Part shown: positions 45,559 to 55,552 of the stretch, piece by piece
How the letters are laid out: each line of letters opens with the position of its first letter
How positions within the stretch are numbered: position 1 is the stretch's first letter
Source: an uncultured Chloroflexia bacterium
GTDB lineage: Bacteria; Chloroflexota; Limnocylindria; Limnocylindrales; CSP1-4
Length of the DNA stretch: 64,000 nt
Reading direction: 5' to 3'
Assembly (NCBI GenBank): GCA_963743855.1
Contig: CAVURK010000004.1
Coordinates: 119,347-183,346 of the forward strand
Position numbers and translations under genes: made by a program
Notes under the pieces: model-generated
What the model saw: only the letters and a program-made list of their open reading frames with translations
Told to the model about the DNA's origin: nothing
The model's database searches: none

Positions 45559-46302
45559 TCAGCGGCGGCGGCGAACGACCGCCATCACGACACCGACGAC
45601 GCCCGCGACGGCAAGGGCTCCGCGCCAGTCGACGAGCGGGCGGATCTCCCCGTCCACCTGCCGCGCGATGACGACGCCCGCGAAGCTCTGCCGCTCGAAT
45701 GTGACGCGCCCGCCGAGGACGCTCCAGGCTGCGCTCTGATCGAGCCGCACCTCGCGAGCGAACAGGTTGCGCACGAACGACTGCCGGATCCGTGCGTCAC
45801 CGGCCAATGCGATGGCGACGCCACTCATCTCGGTCGAGACAGTGTCGGCCCGGGCGATGGCGATCCCGCCCATCGTCACGTTGACGTCCTGGGCATCGAC
45901 CCGTGAGATGCCGCCCTGGCGGACGTCGACCCGGGTCGCCTTGACGGTGTCGATCCCGCCGTTGCTGAGGTTGAGGGTCCCGACCTCGACGTCCCCGTAG
46001 CCACGGCCGGTGACCGTCTGCGTCGTCACGAGGTCGGCTGGGGCCGCCACCGGGGATGTGCTGACTGGTCTGGCTGCTCCGACCGGCTTCTCGGCCGCCG
46101 GTTTGGCCGTGGTCGCCGGCTTCGCCGTCGTCGGCGGCTTGGCCGAGGCTGCGCGCGGCTTGGCCGTCGCTTTCGCGCTGGTCCGCGTCGAGGTCGCTGC
46201 CGGCGTGCCGACGGCGGTCGTGCGGGCTCGGGTCACCTTCGGTTTCGGGGTCGGGGCGCCCGACGCGCCGGTCGGGTCGTCGCTGGCGGGTCGGTCGCTC
46301 AT
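45559..46302 (-). CDS. Tail-anchored protein with Lys/Ala/Pro/Thr-rich N-terminus and internal ~15-residue repeats; unknown function
   Basis: 247-aa ORF. N-terminal ~95 aa are low-complexity basic (AKATAKPRAASAKPPTTAKPATTAKPAAEKP). The central part repeats GGIDTVKATRVDV / RQGGISRVDAQDVNV / TMGGIAIARADTVST / EMSGVAIALAGDARI. The C-terminal TM is ALAVAGVVGVVMAVV followed by RRRR. Confidence 0.55.
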   Translation of the reverse strand: MSDRPASDDPTGASGAPTPKPKVTRARTTAVGTPAATSTRTSAKATAKPRAASAKPPTTAKPATTAKPAAEKPVGAARPVSTSPVAAPADLVTTQTVTGRGYGDVEVGTLNLSNGGIDTVKATRVDVRQGGISRVDAQDVNVTMGGIAIARADTVSTEMSGVAIALAGDARIRQSFVRNLFAREVRLDQSAAWSVLGGRVTFERQSFAGVVIARQVDGEIRPLVDWRGALAVAGVVGVVMAVVRRRR

Positions 46303-46489
46303 GCGGCTAGCCTATCGCGCCCCGCCGCCGAACGCGAGGGATCCTTTCTCCGACCCATCCCGCTGCGCAGGCGGCGTGGCCTTGTCCGCGGACGAACGGA
46401 CGAACCTCGGCTATCCTGCGCGAGGCACGGCCTCGGTCCGTCACCAGACCGGCCCCAATGACATCGCCATTCCAGGAGGGGCGCTGCAC

Positions 46490-47653
46490 GTGAAGCGCAC
46501 GACGACCGCGGGCGCGATCGGCCTGGTCGCCGCGTCCGCGCTGGTGATCGGGATCGCCGCGACCTCGCTCGGGAGCTCGCCCGCTCCGACCCCGCAGGCC
46601 GCGATCTCGACGCCGACCCCCGTCGCGACGACTGCCCCGACGGCCACCTCGGTCCCGACCTCCAGTCCCAGCCCGACGCCGCTCCCGACCGCGACCCCGG
46701 TGCCGACACCGCTGCTCGTCCCGGCGCCGCTGACCGGCCTGCTCGTCACGCCCGCGGTCGCGGCGCGCCATCCGATCGCGGTGATGATCGACGACCTCGG
46801 TCCTGCCCGGCCGCAGTCCGGGCTGTCGGAGGCATCGGTCGTCTGGCAGGCGCCCGCCGAGGGCGGGATCCCGCGCTACATGGCGATCTTCCAGGACACC
46901 CTGCCGAAGGCGATCGGCCCGGTCCGCAGCTCGCGCTACTACTACATCGCCTGGGCCGCGGAATGGCGAGGCGATCTACGCCCACTCCGGCGGCTCGCCG
47001 CAGGCGCTCGCGACGCTCGCGCGCCAAGGGCCACGGCCAGCTACGTCTACAACGCCGACGAGTTCCGCTTCAGCGGGACGTTCCATCGGATCACCACCAA
47101 GGCCCCGCCCCACAACCTGTACACGACCGGCGCCAAGCTGCGCAGCGATGGCCAAGATCCTCGGCGCCAAGGACGGGACGTACAAGGCGGTCTGGACAGT
47201 TCGCACCCGACGCCCCGCTCGAGCTGCGGCCGTACGGCGGCACGATCACCGTCGGCTATCCGTACAACACGATCAAGTACACCTACGACCGGACCACGAA
47301 CACGTACCTCCGCTCGGTGACCGGCGAGGCCAAGGAGACCGACGCGATCGACGGGACGCGGATCGCCCCCAAGAACGTGATCGTCATGCGGATGGACTTC
47401 GGGCCGCTGAACGACGGCCATCCCGGCGCACCGCGGCTCGAGGCGACGGTCGTCGGCCACGGGACCGGCCTGGATCTCGACCAACGGCAAGACGATCAAG
47501 GGCACCTGGAAGAAGACGGCGATCACCAAGCCGACCCTGTTCTACGACGCCAGCGGCAACCCGGTGACGCTGACCGTCGGGCCAGACCTTCGTCCAGGTC
47601 GTGACGACCAGCACGGTCGGCTACCCGGTCACGTTCAAGGCCGGCGTCGATGA
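46490..47653 (+). pseudogene. DUF3048 (YerB-like) lipoprotein/secreted protein; several frame breaks, 3' end uncertain
   Basis: GTG 46490 is preceded by AGGAGG. Signal/anchor AIGLVAASALVIGIAA, Pro/Thr linker, then the DUF3048 core HPIAVMIDDLGPARPQSGLSEASVVWQAPAEGGIPRYMAIFQD...RSSRYYYIAWAAEW. Later parts (YVYNADEFRFSGTFHRITTKAPPHNLYTTGAKL; LELRPYGGTITVGYPYNTIKYTYDRTTNTYLR...VIVMRMDFGPLNDGHPG; TIKGTWKKTAITKPTLFYDASGNPVTLTVGQTF; VVTTSTVGYPVTFKAG) are spread over all three frames. Confidence 0.65.
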
Positions 47654-47698
47654 CCGCCGCCGCGCGACGACCGACCCCGTCGGGCGGCTGACCGCCGC

Positions 47699-48988
47699 TC
47701 AGTCCCGGATCGCCGGCGACGCCGACCTCGGCGTAGACGGCACGCGTCTCGTCGGCCACGTCGGCCCACGTCCGCGTGCCCGGCAGCGGCCCGTTCTCGC
47801 GCGATCGCGCGCGATCCCGTCGTGGACGCCGTCGTCGGCCCAGATCGTGGCGATCGCGACCGCCAGCCGGTCCGGATCGCGCGGCTCGACGAGGAGGCCG
47901 GCCGGGCCGACCATCTCGGGGAGCGGCCCGACCGCCGACGCGACGACCGGCGTCCCCGCCGCGAGCGCCTCGATGACCGGCAGGCCGGCCGCCTCGCGAC
48001 AGGACGGGCAGGATCGCCGCCCGCGCGCCGCGGACCAGCCCGGCGAGGTCGCTCGACCGGCAAGCGCCGGGGCGTAGGCGAGCGAGCTCGCCGACCGGGC
48101 TGGCGGGCCGCGGCCCGGGCGACGCGAGGCGCGGTCGTCCGGGCTGGCGCCGACCAGCAGGACGCGCGGCGGCCACGGGACGTCGTCGGCGAGACCGGCC
48201 GGGCGGCCGGCCGCGGCCAGCGCGCCGAGCGCGCTGAGCAGGGTCGCCAGGTCCTGGCGGGCGTCGAACCGCCCGGAGAAGACGAGGTAGCGCTCGCCCA
48301 GCCCGAGCCGCTCGCGCGAGCGTCTCGCGCCGGTGGCGAGCTCGCGCCGCTCGCGGCGGTCGGCGTTGCCGCGGCCGAACGCCGGCCGGGGCGGCGAGCA
48401 CCGACGATCCGCAGGCGGTCGCGTCGGATCCGGAGCACGCGCCCGGCTGCCCGCGCGGTCGCCTCGGTCCCGACGATGACCGCCGCCGCGTCGCGCAGGA
48501 GCTGGCCGCGCAGGCGCTGCCCGAACCGGCTCGCGACGGACTGCGCCGGAACGCCTCGGGCAGCTCCCACGGGGCGAGGTCGAGGAGGGTGACGACGACC
48601 GGCAGGCCCGAGGCGATCGGGAGCGGCCGCCGCCCGACCGCGTGGTAGACCGCACCGGCCGCCCCGCCGCGGTCGGCCCGCCAGGCGGCGCCGAGCTCGG
48701 CGCCGCGGAGCAGGAACGGGTCGACGGTCAGTCGCGCCGGATCGCAGCAGGCGGGTCGGTGGCAGCTGGCGACGGCCGACGACGTCGAGGTGGCTGAAGG
48801 CGTCGGTCGGGTCGTCGCCGTCGGAGCCCGATCAGGAAGGCGAACGACTCGCCGGCCAGCGGCTCGGCGTCGTAGGCCGCCGAGCAGGCTCCCCGAGGTA
48901 GGCGGCGGCGATCGGCGCCCGATCGGGCGTCCTGGAGCGGCCGGGCGTCGAGGACGACCCGCAGCCCGGGCGGTCGCGGGTCGGCCAC
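47699..48988 (-). pseudogene. GT4-family (GT-B) glycosyltransferase; heavily frame-broken
   Basis: Fragments in three frames: GLRVVLDARPLQD, AYDAEPLAGESFAFLIGL, TVDPFLLRGAELGAAWRADRGGAAGAVYHA, GLPVVVTLLDLAPWELPEAF, ERYLVFSGRFDARQDLATLLSALGALAAAGRPAG, and the GT1/GT4 C-terminal motif EAAGLPVIEALAAGTPVVASAVGPLPEMVGPAGLLVEPRDPDRLAVAI. Stop at 47699. The start (GTG 48988) is tentative. Confidence 0.6.
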
Positions 48989-49037
48989 GTCCCCGAGCCG
49001 CCCTCGCCCGGACCGCTCACCGCCGCCCGTGGGGACG

Positions 49038-49876
49038 TCATCGGGCGATCGGTCGCGACGTCGGGCCGCGCCGGAGCGCGTCCCGAGCGCAGCTGGACGA
49101 CGACGACGAGCGCCTCGACCGATGATCCGGCGGCACATCTTCGACTGGCCGACGCGCCGGTCGCGGAAGGTGATCGGGACCTCCCGGATCCGGGCGCCGG
49201 CGCGGCTCGCCCGAAAGGTCATCTCGATCTGGAAGACGTAGCCGCCGGCATGGACCCCGTCGAACGGGATGGCGGCCAGCGTCGTCGCGCGCCAGGCCTT
49301 GAAGCCGCCGGTCAGGTCGTGCGGTCGCGAGGCCGAGGACGACCCGCGCGAAGAGGCTGCCGCCGCGCGAGATGACCCGCCGGCCGAGTCCCCAGTCGAC
49401 CACCGCCACCGCCGGCCGTGTAGCGCGAGCCGATCACGAGGTCGGCCGTGTCGTCGACGATCGGCCGATGAGCGCCGGCAGGGCTCGCCGGGTCGTGGCT
49501 GAAGTCGGCGTCCATCTGGACGATCGGTCGCCGCACCGCCGGCGAGCGCGACCCCGAAGCCGTCGAGGTAGGCCCGCCCGAGGCCCTGCTTGGCCGGACG
49601 GTGGCGGACGCGGATCCGCTCGGGTCGGCCGCGGCCAGGGCGTCGGCCAGCCGGCCCGGTGCCGTCGGGCGACCCGTCGTCGACGACGAGCAGGGTGGCC
49701 GCCGGCAGCACGGCGAGGATGGCGGCCGCGATCGGCTCGACGTTCTCGGCCTCGTTGTAGGTCGGCAGGATGACCCAGACGCCCGAGCCCGCCGCGCGGT
49801 CGGCCGCGAGGGCGACAGGCGTCGGGGTCGTGGTCGGCGCGCTCGTCGCCGTGCTGGGGGTCGGCTCTGCGGGCAT
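49038..49876 (-). pseudogene. GT2-family polyprenol-phosphate mannosyl/glycosyl transferase (Ppm1/DPM1-like); frame-broken, 3' end uncertain
   Basis: VWVILPTYNEAENVEPIAAAILAVLPAATLLVVDDGSPDGTG..., IRVRHRPAKQGLGRAYLDGFGVALAGGA, IVQMDADFSHDP (ORF 49312..49536 frame), DLVIGSRY, DLTGGFKAWRATTLAAIPFDGVHAGGYVFQIEMTFRASRAGARIREVPITFRDRRVGQSKM. The pieces lie in different frames. Confidence 0.7.
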
Positions 49877-49928
49877 CGTTCGCCAGTCTAGTCGGCGCGC
49901 CGTCGATGACGGCGGCGGGCTGGCGTGG

Positions 49929-52412
49929 CTACTGCCCGCGGACGATGACGGTCTTGGTGAACGTCGACGTGCCGATCCAGTCCGTGGCCGTCACGACGGC
50001 CGTGTACGTGCCGGGCTTGAGCAGGACCCCGGCCGCCGTCCGCCCGTTCCAGGTCCAACCGTAGGTCCCGGCGTCGAGCTGCCTGGCCTGCCAGATCCCG
50101 CGAACGACGGTGGATCCCTGGCGGATCGAGATCGTGACGCTCGCGGGCCGACCGAGGGTGAACGACGACCCGCGCGGTCTGCCCCGCCCGCGAGATGAAC
50201 GACGATCGTGACCAAGTCACGGAACGGATCGTCCGGTCGACGTTGACCGCGAGGTTGCGGACCGTCCCGTTGCCGGCTCGATCGAGGCCCCAGACGCGGA
50301 ACGTGTAGCGGCCGTCGGCGACACGCCGTCCCGCGCTGTCGCGCCCGTCCCAGGTCCACGACCCGGTGCTCGTCCTGCTGATCGCCCAGCGGCGGACCTC
50401 GGCGCCGTGCTGGTCGAGCAGCCGGGCCGAGCCGGTGATCCAGGAATCGGCCGCCATCGACAGCGTCGACCGAGTCCGAGTGCCCGTCACCGTTGGGCGA
50501 GATGAACCCGGTCGAGGAATGGAGCGCCACCGCGGCGGGGCGGCGATCGACGGTCACGACCTTCTGGACATAGGTGCGGTTGTTGGAGGCGTCGGCCGCC
50601 CAGACCGTGATCCGGTAGGCGCCGTCGCGGACGACCTTGCCCGTGGCGTCCTTGCCGTCCCAGGTGACGATGACCGGCTTCGCGTTGACGCTGGCCGTGC
50701 GAACCGCCGACGCGGCGACGCCGTTGACGATCGGATCGACGTACCAGCCGAAGCGGATGTGCCCGGTCACGTTGACCCGGATCGTCGTGCTGTCCACGAG
50801 CCCGTCGCCGTTCGGTGACATGATCGGACTGCTGATCGATGAGCTCGATACGACCGGCGGGACCGTGTCGGTGATGAACTTGGCCTTGAGGGTCGCCTGG
50901 AGCTCGGGGCGGGTGCCGTCGTAGCCGAGCGCCCAGATCCCGGCGCCACGCAGGTTGTAGTGGTTGATCAGGTCGTACTTCAGGCCGAGCGCCTTGGCGT
51001 CGTCGTAGTACAGCTCGCGCCACGGGTTGACGCAGCCGTAGGCAGTCGTGCAGTTCTGGCGCCGGTAGACGGTCCACGCGACGCCCTCGACCGGGTCCCA
51101 CTTGCGGCCGTGGTCGGCGGCGTAGCCGACGGCGGTGCTGTAGACGACGGTCGTCGAGTCACCGTTCTTCGTTCCCGAGATGTTCTTGGCATCGAGGCCC
51201 GCGGTCGCGGTCGACCAGGCCCGGCCGTAGTACGGGACACCGAGGATGACCTTGGAGGCCGGCAGCCGGGCGAGATAGGCGCGGATCGTGTCGCCGATGT
51301 CGTAGCTCGAGCCGCCGAGCGGGGCGACCGAGCCGACCGGGTTCGACGATCCGCGTCCGGTAGTCGTAGCCCATGACCACGACGGCATCGGCCCCACCCG
51401 AGGCGGTCGCGTCACCGATCGGGTAGTTGCCGATCCAGCCGGTCGTGTCGAACGTCACCTGGTAGCCACGGGCGACCTTGTTGAGCTCCGAGCGGACCGA
51501 CCGGACGAGGGCCGTGAACTCGTCGCTGTAGCCCGAGATGATCGGCTCGAAGTCGAGGTTGACGCCGTCGGCGCCACGATCGCGCACCGCCGCCGCGATC
51601 TGGCGGGCGAGGTTGGCGCGGTTGGCCGAGCTGCCGAGCAGCGACCGCTGGCGGGAGACGCCCGCAGACGTCCAGGCGAAGCTCTGGACGGTCAGCACGA
51701 CCCGGGCGCCGCTGGCATGGGCCGCGTTCATCACGCTCGTCATCTTCGAGCTTGTCCAGCCGCCCCAGCCGACCGTCGGCGACCCGTCGCTGTTCGTGCG
51801 CTGGAGATCGCCGTTGCCCGCGGCGCCGACGCCGAAGTAGGCGATCGTGGACAGCGTCTCCCAGTCGAGCCGGGTCGAGCTGTCGGTCAGCTCCCAGTAC
51901 GGCAGGAAGCCGAAGACCTCGCGCTTGAGTCCGCCCGGATCGACCGCGGCGGTCAGCCGCGCGAACGGGGCAACGCCCGGGTCCACGTACGGGACGTCGG
52001 CCGCGCCGATAGCGTGGCCCTGAGCCGCAGGTGCATTGCGCAGTGGTGGGCCGAGTGCGGTCGCGGCGCGCAACGAGCGCCCGCTCAGGCGCCCGGCCGG
52101 GAGCTCGCGCGGCTCGACGCCACCGACCGCCCAGCGGTCGGACGGGCGCGGCTTGAACGGCACGCTGACGCGGTCGCCGGGCGTGAACCTGGTCTTGTCG
52201 GCGGCGTGGGCGACCGCCTCCTCGTACTGGATCGTCGGCTGGAGCGTGTCGGTCGGTGCCGCATCGACCACCTCCGACGCAAACACCACGGTCGATGGGG
52301 CGAGCCCAACGAGCAGCACGGCCGCCGCCGCGAGCGCGACGATGCGCGAGGCGGCAGGACCCGGGCGGCGGGCGCTCGAACGGCTTGTGGTCAACGGCAC
52401 GACGTTCCTCAT
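49929..52412 (-). pseudogene. Secreted GH18 (chitinase/YaaH-like) glycoside hydrolase with C-terminal FlgD-Ig-type repeats; at least three frame breaks
   Basis: Signal peptide IVALAAAAVLLVGLAPSTVVFA. GH18 barrel with catalytic motif GADGVNLDFEPI (DxxDxDxE type), ...VILGVPYYGRAW..., NLRGAGIWALGYD. Then repeats containing SPNGDG and WDGKDATGKVVRDGAYRITVWA / WDGRDSAGRRVADGRYTFRVWG / WNGRTAAGVLLKPGTYTAVVTA. Frame switches lie near 51340-51380, ~50470 and ~50185. Stop TAG at 49929-49931. Confidence 0.75.
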
Positions 52413-52557
52413 CCGGAGGGCTGAGACGTCCCAGCCTCTTCCCGGGGGCAGCGCCGGTCTACGGCTCGATGGTCCCGGTCAGGGATAGTACGGGGTAGTC
52501 TGGTGCGGTCCGGTGTGGTCCGGCGGACGGACCCTGGGAGCCCGGTGACCGGGCGGG

Positions 52558-54843
52558 TCAGTGCAGCGTGTACGTGCTGATCGTCTGCTGCGTGCCGCCC
52601 TTGGTGTCGATCCCCCAGACCTTGAATGCGACCTGGCCTGCCTTGCCGGTGGACTTCAGCTTGATCGTCGCCTTGTACGTGTAGGTCCCCGTCCGGGTCA
52701 TGCGCAGGTGCCACGCGGCCAGGCCGGGCTGGCTGATGTAGAGCGTCGGGGTCTGCGCCAGTGTCTCCGCGGACACGACCGAGATGGTGATCGTCTGGCC
52801 ACGAGCGGGGGTCGTGTCGCTCGGCCTGATCGTGAACGCGTCGACGTAGAACGCCACCGTCTGGGTGACTGTCAGCGTCCCGTCGGTGGCCGTGACGAAT
52901 GCGGTGTAGTGGCCGCGCGGCAGGAGCGAGCCGTCGCTGCGGCGGCCGTCGAAGACCCAGAAGTAGGTGCCGGCCGGTTTCGCCGAGGCGTTGAGCCGGG
53001 TGTTGACCGTGGCACCGGTCCAGTCGTGGATCGACCAGGTGACCGTCATGGGGCGGTTGAGCACGAACGACAGCTTCGTCGTCGGCGACAGCGAGTCCTG
53101 GTCTTGCGGGAAGAAGATCGAGGCCGAGCTCTTGAGCGAGCGCAGCGCACCGATCAGGGTCACGGTGCGATCGACGCCCGGTCCGGTGTTCCCGGCGATG
53201 TCGCGGGGAGCGACCCGGAACGTATAGACGCCATCGGGGGCGTACGCGCCGGACGACGTCCGACCGTCCCAGGTCACGGGCGTCGCCGCGCTGCCGTTCG
53301 GGATCGTCCAGCTGTCGACGACCGTCGAGGCGCTGTCGAGGATCCTGGCGACCAGGGCGCCGCTCTCCGAGTTGGTCGCGGACAGGCTGACCGTGTCGGT
53401 GGTGCCGTCGCCGTTGGGCGTGAACGCGAGCGGAGAACCGGCTGCCGGTGAGAGGCCGGCCAGGAACGGCGGGTCGGTGTCGACGGTGATCTGACGTGTC
53501 GAGTGGGCGGGTGCGTTGTCCCAGTCATCGACCGCGCTGACGTCGACCGTGTACTGGCCGTCCGCGACCGCGTGGCCGCCGACGAGTCCATCCCACGTCG
53601 TCGTGAACGTCGAGCCGGTGCCGGTCTTCTCGAGCAGGACGTGAGAGGCGCTGTCCTTGACCTGCAGCTTCCAATCGACCAATTCGGTGAAGCGGCCACG
53701 GATCGATGCCACGTCACCCTGCCCGTCGCCGTTGGGCGAGAACGGGGGACCCGGGTCGAGGACCCGGACGACGGGTGGCGTGCTGTCGCGCGGGTGGAGG
53801 TCGGGGGCTGCCATATAGCCGGTGATCGACGGATCGTCGATGCCGACGACCTGGACCAGGGCCGCGCCCGCGGCCGTCACCTGGCCGGGCTCGTCGACGA
53901 GGCGCAGGCGGGTGCCGGCCGGCAGAGCCTGGACCGAGGCGGTCGAGGTGTCGGGCGAGGCGAACAGGCTGGCTCCATCGGTCGAGACCGAGGCGTTGCC
54001 CGGAACGACGAGGCTCGTCGGATCGACGCCGGTGTCGCCGTAGCCGGCCGACACGACCTCGTCGGTCGTGATCCCGATGGTGCCGACCGTCAGCGAGCGA
54101 TAGAAGCCCGAGGTCGGGGTGATCGGATCCTGGAAGACCATCGCGCCGGGCGTCCGGCTCGAGGCGAAGCTGACGATGTTCCCGTTGCCGACCGGGACGG
54201 TCCGCCACAGGTCCTCGATCGACTGGTGGGTGGTGAACAGCGCCCGGAGGTAGCGCTCGGAGCCCGCGTGACCGTCGGCGATGACGGCCCCGGCGCCGGC
54301 CTTCAGGAACGCAGCGGCATAGTTGTCAGCGCGCTGGCGGGCGACCGAGATGCTCGGCTCGGGGTTGCCCGGTTCGGAGTTGCCCGAGGCGTAGCACAGG
54401 TGGTTCAGGATCACAAGGGCGCCCGGCGCGAGGTCGAGCGTCGCGATCGACGGCTCACCGTAGTACTTGAGGTCGGAATCGCCGGCGCCGGCCGTGGTGT
54501 TGAGCCCGAAGCCGTCCTTGGTCGTGTACTTGGCGTCGTAGGTGTATGGGCTGGGCCAGCCGTTGCCGTGGCCGAGATAGATGACCACGGACGCGCCGAC
54601 CACCGCCGCCTTGACCTTCGCCCAGGTCGCGTTCGGGCTGTAGACCTTGACGACGTTGGGCGTGTACTTCTTGGCCTCGGCGTAGGCGACGTCGGCGTCT
54701 GCCCGGTAGCCGGCGGTCGCGCCCTGGGTCGCCCCGACGATGATCACGACCTTCGGATCGCCGGTGGCCGCCGCGACGGACGGGACGGCGATGCCGAGAG
54801 CAGCGACGACGACGAGGGCGAGGGCGGCGACGGTCTTGCGCAA
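52558..54843 (-). CDS. Large secreted multidomain protein: N-terminal caspase/gingipain-like (His/Cys) domain candidate, SH3-like segment, four or so FlgD-Ig-type repeats
   Basis: Intact 761-codon ORF. TTG start with GGAG 5 nt upstream. Signal peptide ALALVVVAALGIAVPSVAAA. VVIYLGHGNG (His92) and LVILNHLCYASG (Cys150) follow hydrophobic strands. SH3-like ASLFASPDTSTASVQALPAGTRLRLVDEPG...GYMAAPDL. Repeats contain SPNGDG/TPNGDG and WDG...DGxYT motifs. Confidence 0.7.
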   Translation of the reverse strand: MRKTVAALALVVVAALGIAVPSVAAATGDPKVVIIVGATQGATAGYRADADVAYAEAKKYTPNVVKVYSPNATWAKVKAAVVGASVVIYLGHGNGWPSPYTYDAKYTTKDGFGLNTTAGAGDSDLKYYGEPSIATLDLAPGALVILNHLCYASGNSEPGNPEPSISVARQRADNYAAAFLKAGAGAVIADGHAGSERYLRALFTTHQSIEDLWRTVPVGNGNIVSFASSRTPGAMVFQDPITPTSGFYRSLTVGTIGITTDEVVSAGYGDTGVDPTSLVVPGNASVSTDGASLFASPDTSTASVQALPAGTRLRLVDEPGQVTAAGAALVQVVGIDDPSITGYMAAPDLHPRDSTPPVVRVLDPGPPFSPNGDGQGDVASIRGRFTELVDWKLQVKDSASHVLLEKTGTGSTFTTTWDGLVGGHAVADGQYTVDVSAVDDWDNAPAHSTRQITVDTDPPFLAGLSPAAGSPLAFTPNGDGTTDTVSLSATNSESGALVARILDSASTVVDSWTIPNGSAATPVTWDGRTSSGAYAPDGVYTFRVAPRDIAGNTGPGVDRTVTLIGALRSLKSSASIFFPQDQDSLSPTTKLSFVLNRPMTVTWSIHDWTGATVNTRLNASAKPAGTYFWVFDGRRSDGSLLPRGHYTAFVTATDGTLTVTQTVAFYVDAFTIRPSDTTPARGQTITISVVSAETLAQTPTLYISQPGLAAWHLRMTRTGTYTYKATIKLKSTGKAGQVAFKVWGIDTKGGTQQTISTYTLH

Positions 54844-54994
54844 AGCGTGCTCCGAGAACTGGGGCGAGGCGGGATGAATGCCTCTCCAGACTCGGCGCGC
54901 AGGGCGCTCGACTCAATCGCGGGATGGTCCCGAGACCGCTAGCCCCTTCGGGCCGCTGCCTGGGTGGTACCGGGGGGACTTGTGGGGTTCGGAG

Positions 54995-55552
54995 TCAGAC
55001 CCCGTCGGCGCGCAGGCGCACCACGAGCTCGGCCAGCGACGGGTTCGCGGCGTCACGCTCGGACGTGACCGGACGTCCGCCGGGGGTCGCGGCGAGCGTG
55101 GGCCAGTCGATCCCGACGTCTGGATCGTCCCAGGCGAAGCCGAGCTCGTCGGAGCCGTCATAGGTATTCGTGACGAGATAGATCAGCTCGAGCGAGTCGA
55201 GAGCGAGGAAGCCGTGCGCGACACCGGTCGGGATGTAGACCGAGTCATCGGCGCCCAGCTCGCGGGTCTCGACAGGGGCGGTGGGCCTCGACCCCTCGAT
55301 CAGCGGCCGGACGTCGACGAGAGCGACCAGCGCCCGACCGGCTGCCACGATCCACAGGTCGTCCTGGCGGCGATGGAGATGGAGGCCGCGGAGGACGCCG
55401 GCCGCCGAGGTCGACAGGTTGGCCTGGACGAAGTCGGCGGCGGGGAAGTCCGGCGCCCGCCACAGCTCGCGGAACGAGCCTCGCACATCGGCATGGCGAG
55501 CGATGGATCCGTAGCGGACGCCGGGCAATGCCGATGGCCGAGGCTCGCTCAT
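54995..55552 (-). CDS. rmlC: dTDP-4-dehydrorhamnose 3,5-epimerase
   Basis: 185 aa from ATG 55552. HADVRGSFRELW...RGLHLH...ALVDVR...YIPTGVAHGFLAL...LIYLVTNTYD cupin signature. The ATG overlaps the rmlD stop (ATGA). Confidence 0.85.
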   Translation of the reverse strand: MSEPRPSALPGVRYGSIARHADVRGSFRELWRAPDFPAADFVQANLSTSAAGVLRGLHLHRRQDDLWIVAAGRALVALVDVRPLIEGSRPTAPVETRELGADDSVYIPTGVAHGFLALDSLELIYLVTNTYDGSDELGFAWDDPDVGIDWPTLAATPGGRPVTSERDAANPSLAELVVRLRADGV

